Sequence record: OR670491.1
Strand: one strand, 5' to 3'
DNA length: 64,000 nt
Shown here: piece after piece, positions 55,827 to 63,608 of the stretch
Numbering within the stretch: position 1 is the first letter of the stretch
Layout: each line of letters opens with the position of its first letter
Notes under the pieces: model-generated
The model's input: only the letters and a program-made list of their open reading frames with translations
Told to the model about the DNA's origin: nothing
The model's database searches: none
Program-made: the position numbers and the translations under genes

Positions 55827-56225
55827 ATGGATATTAACGATATCTATAGTACTATACGTTCTATGGGTGATAGTCGAAAAGTATATGGTGATAGTAATCG
55901 CCAAAAGATATATGGCATTAACTCATACGATGTAATATCGTTTGAGTATGATGAAGGTGGACATAGTTCAATAAACATTGTTTGTCCACGTGACTCTGAA
56001 AATAACTTCATGTACGTTGAAATTAATAATGAAGGAATCAATTTCATTAAGATTCACAAAGGTGGAAAGACACATGAAGTACTGGATTTATCAGAAGAAG
56101 ATCGTTTCTTCCAGGAAGATACAGTGATTGATTTAGGCTTTAGTCTAAGTGATTATCACATTCTCCAAGAAGATTTCCTGAAATATTACAATGGCTTTCT
56201 AAAGGAGTTAACAATACACTTATGA
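55827..56225 (+). CDS. hypothetical protein, FQxS-motif family
   Basis: LSEEDRFFQEDTV. Confidence 0.7.
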   Translation: MDINDIYSTIRSMGDSRKVYGDSNRQKIYGINSYDVISFEYDEGGHSSINIVCPRDSENNFMYVEINNEGINFIKIHKGGKTHEVLDLSEEDRFFQEDTVIDLGFSLSDYHILQEDFLKYYNGFLKELTIHL

Positions 56226-56671
56226 ACCTAAATGTATCTAAAGAGTTTTTCGATGATGTCAAAGAATCTTTCTTACAATTAAACGAGAATAGTCGTTTAG
56301 ATCCTGAAATCAAAGAGGTTGTTCTTCGTTGGCAGAAGAGTCCTTTATTAGATAAAATTGTTCCTAGATGGAGTTGTCAGGGTCACAGTGATACACATAG
56401 TGATTCTGATTATTACATTATTTTCTGTACACAAGACGATGGTGCTGATATTCTATATGATATTTTTGACGAGTTTTGTAGTCTTGAACATAACTGTGCA
56501 GGGTGGAACTACAGTGTTATTAAGTTGATTCACCAGAATCACAAAAAGGCAGAACCGCACATTGAAATTGGGAGATACTCCGAAGGTCACCAAGAGACTA
56601 TAAACTATATGAAGGCTTTATGGCTCGCCAAATTACAGGAGATTGAGGATAATCATGAGCAATACAAATAA
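56222..56671 (+). CDS. TYW3-like fold protein (tentative)
   Basis: LDPEIKEVV...WSCQGH resembles the ID..I...SC.G pattern. Confidence 0.4.
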   Translation: MNLNVSKEFFDDVKESFLQLNENSRLDPEIKEVVLRWQKSPLLDKIVPRWSCQGHSDTHSDSDYYIIFCTQDDGADILYDIFDEFCSLEHNCAGWNYSVIKLIHQNHKKAEPHIEIGRYSEGHQETINYMKALWLAKLQEIEDNHEQYK

Positions 56672-57896
56672 ATTTCTTGAACAAACAATCGTCAAGCACT
56701 TGGCTGGCTCACAGGCATACGGAACCAGTACACCACAAAGTGATACCGATTATCGTGGTATCTTTTTGGCAAACAAAGAGTTCATTATGACTCCTTTTTA
56801 TCGAGTCAAGGAAGTATCTGATGTAAATGAAGAAGATACGAAATTCTATGAACTAAATCAGTACTTACAATTGTATACTGAAGCTAACCCGAACATTCTG
56901 GAATCACTGTGGGTTGACCCTGAACACATCGTAGAAAGTACTGAGATTTATGATTATCTCCGTAGCTTCAACCGTGATCTTCTTAGTTCTAAGATTGCAT
57001 TCTCTTACACTGGTTATGCATACAATCAGGTAAAACGCATGTCAAACCATCACGGTTGGATTGGTAAAGAACAAGTGGCAGAACGACGCTTACGTGAAAT
57101 CTTCACAGAGCACCCAACTAATGAAGTTGTGGATTGGATGTACGCGTATTTCCCTGATTATGTTGTGGAGCGTGTTGTAGAAGAAGATAAGGTACAAGAC
57201 CGTAAAGATGTAGTTGATTTCGACAAATACATGCGAGATACTTCCTTACAACTTATCAGTACTGTTCCTTTGGCACAACATCACTTTGTTCGTTTAGTTC
57301 ATAACTATCTACCACAAAAAGTACTGGACCGTGACTTTAGTCTAGCTAACTTCAATCATGGATACGAGTTAATTCACTACGGTGATAATATCTTTGCAGT
57401 TATTCCTAACGTTAATACTAAAACTATTAGTGTAAACAATGATCTAGTATGGGATAGTACAAAAGAACGTACACCAGAAGAACTAAAGATTACTCCTGCA
57501 CTAATTGTTAAATTCAATCGTAAAGAGTATGAAGAAAACAATGAAGGTCGCAAGAACTATCACAAGTGGAAAGAGAACCGTAATGCGAAGCGTGCAATTT
57601 TAGAATCAAAACACGGATACGACAGTAAACATGCTATGCATACAATTCGTCTTTTGAATACAGCAGAAGAAGCATTACTTACTGGTGAAGTTCTTGTAAA
57701 ACGTCCTGATGCTGATATGCTTATGGATATTCGCAACGGTAAGTGGACTTATGAAGAAGTTATGGAGTACTTCAACGATAAGGTTGACTATATTCGTAAT
57801 GTGGTTTACAAGAAGTCAGTACTACCGAAGAAGCCAAATATTGAATTAGCATCTAAAGTACTAATCGATATTCGAGAAATGCAGTGGTATAAGTAA
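56655..57896 (+). CDS. RlaP-like Pol-beta nucleotidyltransferase with central insertion
   Basis: AGSQAYGTSTPQSDTDYRGIF, NPNILESL, YD.KHAMHTIRLL, IRNGK..YEE. Confidence 0.85.
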   Translation: MSNTNKFLEQTIVKHLAGSQAYGTSTPQSDTDYRGIFLANKEFIMTPFYRVKEVSDVNEEDTKFYELNQYLQLYTEANPNILESLWVDPEHIVESTEIYDYLRSFNRDLLSSKIAFSYTGYAYNQVKRMSNHHGWIGKEQVAERRLREIFTEHPTNEVVDWMYAYFPDYVVERVVEEDKVQDRKDVVDFDKYMRDTSLQLISTVPLAQHHFVRLVHNYLPQKVLDRDFSLANFNHGYELIHYGDNIFAVIPNVNTKTISVNNDLVWDSTKERTPEELKITPALIVKFNRKEYEENNEGRKNYHKWKENRNAKRAILESKHGYDSKHAMHTIRLLNTAEEALLTGEVLVKRPDADMLMDIRNGKWTYEEVMEYFNDKVDYIRNVVYKKSVLPKKPNIELASKVLIDIREMQWYK

Positions 57897-57900
57897 TAGT

Positions 57901-57945
57901 TTTATTGGTCACAATGCACCTAAAAATGGCACTGTGACCAATAAA
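57901..57945. terminator. long inverted repeat / terminator with overlapping late-promoter-like AATAAATA
   Basis: tttattggtcaca ... tgtgaccaataaa, 13-bp perfect inverted repeat. Confidence 0.6.
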
Positions 57946-57985
57946 TATCCAATATAAACGTAATTAAACTTAAGGATATCCCTTT

Positions 57986-58613
57986 ATGTCAAGAAAATTA
58001 TATGCAGATTTACAAACATCTGGTGTTATTAAATTCAGTAAATCCGTATCTGGTAATACTGATGTTAATATCAAGACAGATTCCTTCAATATTACCGAAA
58101 CTCGGATCAATTGAAGGTAACGATAGTCACTTAAGTGATTCAGTCATTACATCTTTAGGTACTGAAAATAATAAATCATTAATCATTTCCGCATGGACTG
58201 GATTAAATGAGCATGAAAACAACGTTAACATTAAAGTGAAAACTACTAACCAAACTCATGAATCTGAATGGGTTACTTTATACAATTCTTTGGGTGAAAA
58301 ACTATATCAAGTTCCAAGTAATAGTAACATACTTATTGATGCATTGAAAGGTAGTAAAGTATTCAATCTTAATTTATCAGACCGCACTACCAAACTGGAA
58401 ATTAGTGCTGCTCCTGCTGAAATCTATGCCATTACTATAATTCTAGAACAAGGTACTGGTTCAAATTTAGTTAACTGGAGTCCTAATGTAAAATGGTCTT
58501 ATAATCGTCCGGTAGTTCTTTCTTATGAACTTGGCGAAAAAGATATTATTTCATTGGAAACATATGATAGTGGAGTTACATGGTACGGTGCATTAATCAG
58601 AGCAGGAGTATGA
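57986..58613 (+). pseudogene. tail-associated protein split by a +1 frameshift near 58090
   Basis: TAAGGA RBS + MSRKLYADL (like MSKKIYGGL of 48157) stops at TGA 58112-58114; the +1 frame carries the tail-protein C-terminal domain LEQGTGSNLVNWSPNVKW...TYDSGVTWYG. Confidence 0.65.
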
Positions 58614-58614
58614 T

Positions 58615-61410
58615 ATGTTAAACAATAATCCTAATATTGATAATATCGTACAGTTAATTTATGGTCATCACAAATTTCTTGAAAGAAACACTGGTGATAC
58701 AATTGACCCTACTGTACAGCACTATGTAATTAATGAACAAGGCGTATTGGCTAACAACCGTCATTTCATCAATCACTCCGCAATGGAAGGACAACCAAAT
58801 GGTGACGGCACAACAGAAGGTCAAAGTCTCCTTATTCTTGGATACATTTATGCGTATTTGGCAACCAACGACAATTTATTTCTTGAAAAAGCTAAATGGT
58901 ACTGGGATGCATATCATCAGTACTTCTATAATGGTAGAGAATTTCCTGATCCACCAACTCCGTTACAATGCAACTGGATTGTGAACGCAAAGGAACCAAT
59001 TCTAGCAAACTGGCCTTTGGCTGACGACGGATGGCCTACTCACGGTGGATTTAAAGGTATCGAGTTTCCTTTCGTTAATGGTCAATGCAAAGTGCCTCAT
59101 GGTGCTCCATATTATGGTGAGTATATTGATAAAGTTACGTTTGCATTCAAAGGTGCATTGGCATGGAATCAAATAAATGCATCAGTAAAAGCAATATTAC
59201 CTGATGGAAGTACAGATTGGGATAACCCTGGTGAGCAGTATGATGTTGATTGGGTTATAGATTTCTTAGGTCGTAAAGTTGATTGGGATGGAAACATTCT
59301 GGCTGAAGGTTTTGATGAATCTGAAAAAGGTACTGTCCAATTAAAAGACACTACACTCAATGGAACTTATAAACTAAACTTTGCCAACAGACAACCTATT
59401 GAATTTGGTGGTGTTTATATTGAACGTAACCAAATGCAACATAACCGTCCATTACACGTTCCAATTAGTTTAGAGTTTGCTGATAACGCGAGTGATGCCG
59501 AATTATGGTTCAGTGATGCTTCTTACTTGTTATATAAAATAACCAAAGAAAGAAAACATTATCTTGGCTGGAAATGTTCACTACTTACATGTTATGCATA
59601 CGGAGATATTGACGCAAAAGATAAATTCTTCCGTCAAAGTACAATTGTTACTACCCCATTTACTGATGGTATTTCATATGAATATTTCTATCCAAGTACT
59701 GCAATTGCTGAATTTGGAAGAAACTCACTTGGATATATTACAATTAAGCAACAAGAAAGTGCACAAAGTACACTTGAGCAACAGGCTATTTGGTTCAGAT
59801 TGAATACATCGTCCAGCTTAGTTGTTGATTACGGTGGTGTTTGTGTTGATGGGAAACCTTTATCATTTAAACCAGTACTGGAATTATCGAAAACAAAGAA
59901 TGAGCATGATACTGTTCGCTATCGCTGCGGTCTTCCAGAAAGTACCAATAGAGATATCAAACATTCAATAACACCGCTGAGTGCATTTGTTCGTGAGAAA
60001 AAAGATGATGGTTCCCCTTACATTATTGCAGATAGTAGAATTGTAGTTCCGTATGGTTCAGGTACATCAGAAATGTTATATAGTACTGATATTTTAGAAA
60101 CAAGACGAGACACTATTAACCAATTAGTTTGTGGTGAAGATGATGGTGCAGTTATTGGTTTCTGGTTACTTGATTCCGGTAAATCTGAAGTGAAAGCTTT
60201 TACTTATCGTTCATATGAAGATGATTATAACATCCGTATCGTTGATGATAATGGCTGGCGTTGGTGGTGGATGATTCCTGCAACCCACGGTGAATGGAGT
60301 ACAATAGAATTAACTGCTGATACTTTACATTTATCTGGATGGCAACCAAATCACCCTGATGACCCTGATCCTGCTGCTCCGGTATATACAGAATTAGAAG
60401 ATATTACAATTCTCCCTGATACGACTCCAGTAAATGGAGTTGCAGTACTGGATTGGTATTGTTTAAACGAGCTACCAGAACTGTACAACAACGAAGATGG
60501 CGATGACTACACTATGGCATTCGCCATTACAATTGCTGGTGAGAGTGCTTATACGGCTCTTTTAGGGGATTGTGTAATCAAAGATTATTTGCTAAACTCA
60601 TTACATTATACACCAGGAACTATCCCGTTCTCTAACATTACCGACCCATATGCTAGTCAGTACTCTGGATGGCGTGGATTACCATATCCTGGGTATCAGT
60701 ATCCTGTAATCTACTGTTTCGAAGATGTACCAGTTGACCATACACGCCTTGGTAATATGGTTGATTTCATGAAAGATTCTCAAGAGTGGTTTACTTCACA
60801 ATTCGGTACTGTTGGTCCTTGTGCTCAAGCATATGTATGGAACCGTTGGGATAACCTGAAATATGGGGAACCCGATACGTTTACTATGTTACACTGGGGT
60901 GATCAAGCGTGGAGTGGTTATGAACCTCGTGCATTCTTTGGTGCTTGTAGAGCATGGCAAGAACTACATGACCGTGGTGAGGAAGTTCCACAAACAATCA
61001 TTGATTTCTGTGAGAACTGGATTCATTTCTTGATTAAGTTTCAGAAAGACAATGATGGTCGCTCCCCGACGATTTTCAACAAAGATGGTACAGTTGAAGG
61101 TCCAGATTGGGACTTCACCGGACATATGTGTGGATTGTGGTTGGCAGGTGCATGTTGTGCTGGTCTTGCTGGATGTACCATTGAGGGATTAGATGAACTC
61201 GCTGATGGTTTAGTACTGGAACTTCAGAACAACTATGTGGTAGTTTCTCCTGGCTCTGTTATGAACGGTTCATGGAGTCCTGGTGTTCGTGAAGGTACTG
61301 ATAATGGTATGTTCTTCGGATTCTGGGCTGGTGAGATTATGCGTGGTTTAGGATTGTACTCAATGTACCGCCTTAACACACCTAACCGTTATGCTGCATT
61401 TCCTGGTTGA
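58615..61410 (+). CDS. GH8-like (alpha/alpha)6 glycoside hydrolase with internal CBM-like insertion; probable virion depolymerase
   Basis: TTEGQS and NASDAELW match the GH8 TSEGQS and ASDAD catalytic motifs; Trp-rich beta insert. Confidence 0.65.
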   Translation: MLNNNPNIDNIVQLIYGHHKFLERNTGDTIDPTVQHYVINEQGVLANNRHFINHSAMEGQPNGDGTTEGQSLLILGYIYAYLATNDNLFLEKAKWYWDAYHQYFYNGREFPDPPTPLQCNWIVNAKEPILANWPLADDGWPTHGGFKGIEFPFVNGQCKVPHGAPYYGEYIDKVTFAFKGALAWNQINASVKAILPDGSTDWDNPGEQYDVDWVIDFLGRKVDWDGNILAEGFDESEKGTVQLKDTTLNGTYKLNFANRQPIEFGGVYIERNQMQHNRPLHVPISLEFADNASDAELWFSDASYLLYKITKERKHYLGWKCSLLTCYAYGDIDAKDKFFRQSTIVTTPFTDGISYEYFYPSTAIAEFGRNSLGYITIKQQESAQSTLEQQAIWFRLNTSSSLVVDYGGVCVDGKPLSFKPVLELSKTKNEHDTVRYRCGLPESTNRDIKHSITPLSAFVREKKDDGSPYIIADSRIVVPYGSGTSEMLYSTDILETRRDTINQLVCGEDDGAVIGFWLLDSGKSEVKAFTYRSYEDDYNIRIVDDNGWRWWWMIPATHGEWSTIELTADTLHLSGWQPNHPDDPDPAAPVYTELEDITILPDTTPVNGVAVLDWYCLNELPELYNNEDGDDYTMAFAITIAGESAYTALLGDCVIKDYLLNSLHYTPGTIPFSNITDPYASQYSGWRGLPYPGYQYPVIYCFEDVPVDHTRLGNMVDFMKDSQEWFTSQFGTVGPCAQAYVWNRWDNLKYGEPDTFTMLHWGDQAWSGYEPRAFFGACRAWQELHDRGEEVPQTIIDFCENWIHFLIKFQKDNDGRSPTIFNKDGTVEGPDWDFTGHMCGLWLAGACCAGLAGCTIEGLDELADGLVLELQNNYVVVSPGSVMNGSWSPGVREGTDNGMFFGFWAGEIMRGLGLYSMYRLNTPNRYAAFPG

Positions 61411-61434
61411 CAACAAAATTTAAACTGATATAAT
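61407..61434 (+). promoter_or_regulatory. early promoter overlapping a terminator
   Basis: TTGACA-16-TATAAT with TGn. Confidence 0.7.
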
Positions 61435-61465
61435 GAGAACTTCAATATGAGGTTCTCATTTTTTT
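61432..61465 (+). terminator. intrinsic terminator
   Basis: aatgagaac/gttctcatt + T-run. Confidence 0.75.
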
Positions 61466-61477
61466 AAGGTGAATATA

Positions 61478-61873
61478 ATGCTAAATCAAAATATCATGAA
61501 AGCTCTGAAAATCATCCAACACGAAGTTAGTCTGGTACAGAAAAGTACTGATCGTTATTGCCTGATGGAAGATATCCAAGAGCAAATTGAACTTATTCGT
61601 AAAAATAAGGCTGTTGTTTCTCAATCTGAATCGTTAGAGGCAATTGCTGATATCATTTCATCCAAAACTGGAACAGCACGTGAAAATATTCTCGGTGCAC
61701 GCGACCTCGAACAAAGCGAGATTGAACATTTATATAAGTTCGATAACTGCGATTGGATTGAGATGATTATGGAACTAGAAGATAAGTTCGATTTAGAGAT
61801 CCCTACACACTTTGAAAGCAGAGACACTACACTTGGTTCTTTAGTTAATTTTATTGATCTAAAATATAATTAA
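61478..61873 (+). CDS. acyl-carrier-protein-like protein lacking the Ppant serine
   Basis: FDNCDWIEMIMELEDKFDLEIP aligns to [22 protein letters not shown] of E. coli AcpP; ~50-aa N-terminal extension. Confidence 0.75.
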   Translation: MLNQNIMKALKIIQHEVSLVQKSTDRYCLMEDIQEQIELIRKNKAVVSQSESLEAIADIISSKTGTARENILGARDLEQSEIEHLYKFDNCDWIEMIMELEDKFDLEIPTHFESRDTTLGSLVNFIDLKYN

Positions 61874-61882
61874 TAATGTACT

Positions 61883-61889
61883 CTAAATA
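61883..61889 (+). promoter_or_regulatory. late promoter candidate
   Basis: CTAAATA ~28 nt before the spanin start. Confidence 0.45.
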
Positions 61890-61916
61890 ATATCATCAAC
61901 TATAGGAGATATTATT

Positions 61917-62291
61917 ATGAGTATGCTAGAACTATTGCTTAAACATGTAATTATACCATATTGGAAACCATTATTAGTTGTTTTAGTAATGTCTGGATGT
62001 GTGTATGGTGGATGGGAAGCAAACAATTACTACACCGGATACAAAGAAAGCATTGATTTGAAAATTGAAAAACAAGTCAATGCTGCTTTGGATCAGATGC
62101 AACAAGAATCGGCTAAAAGTTATATTGAAACTAAGCAAATCATGCAAGATAATGCTAAGGTCATTGAAACTAAAATACCTTACATCGTTGAACGTGAAGT
62201 TTACTACAATGTATGTTTAGACCAAGATGGTGTGAATGTTCTTAAAGAACTAAAAGAAAATTCACGTAAAGCGAGGAATCAGTACAAATGA
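61917..62291 (+). CDS. inner-membrane spanin (Rz-like)
   Basis: N-terminal TM, coiled region, VY..VCLD.DG; overlaps a lipoprotein gene. Confidence 0.75.
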   Translation: MSMLELLLKHVIIPYWKPLLVVLVMSGCVYGGWEANNYYTGYKESIDLKIEKQVNAALDQMQQESAKSYIETKQIMQDNAKVIETKIPYIVEREVYYNVCLDQDGVNVLKELKENSRKARNQYK

Positions 62292-62593
62292 AATATATTC
62301 TGATTTTATCATGTGCACTATTATTTGCTGGATGTGCTCAAAAAGTACAATTACCTGCTGACCGAGTAGTAAAGCAAGAGATTCTACTTGAGCGTTGTTC
62401 GTTTGATACCCCACTCCCTGAACAAATTGTTGTTGACAAACACGGCAATTCAGGATACTCTGGTAAAGAAGTTTTGGATGTACTACGTAAATGGGATTCA
62501 ATCTACAATGATTGTGCTCTAAAGCACGATGCATTAATTGACTTGATTCGTAAACTACAAGGTGAAAACATCACGGTCATTATTAAAGAGTAA
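62288..62593 (+). CDS. outer-membrane spanin lipoprotein (Rz1-like)
   Basis: lipobox LFAGC; LERC..D.PLP; YNDCA.KHDAL. Confidence 0.8.
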   Translation: MKYILILSCALLFAGCAQKVQLPADRVVKQEILLERCSFDTPLPEQIVVDKHGNSGYSGKEVLDVLRKWDSIYNDCALKHDALIDLIRKLQGENITVIIKE

Positions 62594-62603
62594 GGACATT
62601 TGA

Positions 62604-63200
62604 ATGAAGAAATATCAGGTTTACTATAAAACTAATTTAGATTTAATTCATAAACTATCTACTACTGGAGAAGGTACTAAGCGTTATACTTTCAATAAGG
62701 TAACATTCAGATACTTCCCACAAAAAGTACTGACATTTGTTAAAAATTGCAAATGCATTGCTTGTGGTATCGAAGGAACCGAAGTTCGTATTGAACGTTC
62801 TCACAGTAACGATCCAATTTATGGTAAACCTCATCTCAATGTCTATGCAGTGTGTGGATTGTATGAAGTACTCATGACCGTAGATCATAACCATCTGGCT
62901 TCTAAAGGCGGGTCTGATTTAGAAAGTAATTTTAATACCATGTGCGTTCACTGTAATCAAATGCGTTCAAATAAAACTGAAACAGTTCAAGAATTTCTTG
63001 AAAATGTTAAAGGTCGAAATCTATTAGATGAACACATGAAACTTTTTTTCGATAAACAGGAAAAGAAAAAGAACCCTTCTAATAGAAAGCCAGAAACAAT
63101 CGCTTATGAAAAATGGTGGAATGAAGAACATTTATGGCATTACCGTGATTATCTTCGTAAATTGAAAAAAGAAGAAAAAGCTTTACTTAAACAAAAGTAG
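62604..63200 (+). CDS. HNH endonuclease-like protein
   Basis: CIAC, TVDH..LASKGGSD...N...MCVHCN. Confidence 0.8.
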   Translation: MKKYQVYYKTNLDLIHKLSTTGEGTKRYTFNKVTFRYFPQKVLTFVKNCKCIACGIEGTEVRIERSHSNDPIYGKPHLNVYAVCGLYEVLMTVDHNHLASKGGSDLESNFNTMCVHCNQMRSNKTETVQEFLENVKGRNLLDEHMKLFFDKQEKKKNPSNRKPETIAYEKWWNEEHLWHYRDYLRKLKKEEKALLKQK

Positions 63201-63210
63201 TATGTATAAT
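63182..63210 (+). promoter_or_regulatory. promoter overlapping a terminator
   Basis: TTTACT-17-TATAAT. Confidence 0.55.
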
Positions 63211-63238
63211 GGGACTTGAGAAATCAAGTCCTTTTTTT
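63211..63238 (+). terminator. intrinsic terminator
   Basis: gggacttga gaaa tcaagtcct + T-run. Confidence 0.8.
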
Positions 63239-63251
63239 ATAGGTAAAATAT

Positions 63252-63608
63252 ATGAAAACTAAAATCTTTCTACCACAAACCATGATGGAACTGTGTGAAC
63301 ATGATGCAGGAGATGTAGTCACTATTAGTGGTTCCTGGATTGAGAGTACTGAAGACTTTATGCCAGATGAGGTTTATTCTGTTGTTTTAAATGAACAGTA
63401 CAATACAAGCCGTTGGAATGCACAGTACAATCTAGTTTTTCTTGACAAGAACAATGAAAAGTACTATCATTGTACGTATGAACGAGGTCTGACAGAACGT
63501 AACTACACAACTCCTTTCTGTGATGAAATGGATGGTGTAAAGTGCTATGAAGTTTCTGTTCGTCAGGTTCCAGTTGTTACTTACAAAACCGAGTGGGATT
63601 ATCTGTAA
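63252..63608 (+). CDS. hypothetical protein
   Basis: 118-aa acidic ORF; SRW..Y..LVF. Confidence 0.7.
   Translation: MKTKIFLPQTMMELCEHDAGDVVTISGSWIESTEDFMPDEVYSVVLNEQYNTSRWNAQYNLVFLDKNNEKYYHCTYERGLTERNYTTPFCDEMDGVKCYEVSVRQVPVVTYKTEWDYL

Noticed and set aside
58002-58110. Track ORF start MQIYKHLV...
   Set aside because: No RBS and non-protein-like sequence; it is the out-of-frame read of the gene starting at 57986.
61917-62593. Complete lysis cassette
   Set aside because: Only spanins are recognisable; no holin or endolysin motif is adjacent, which is normal for large T4-like phages.
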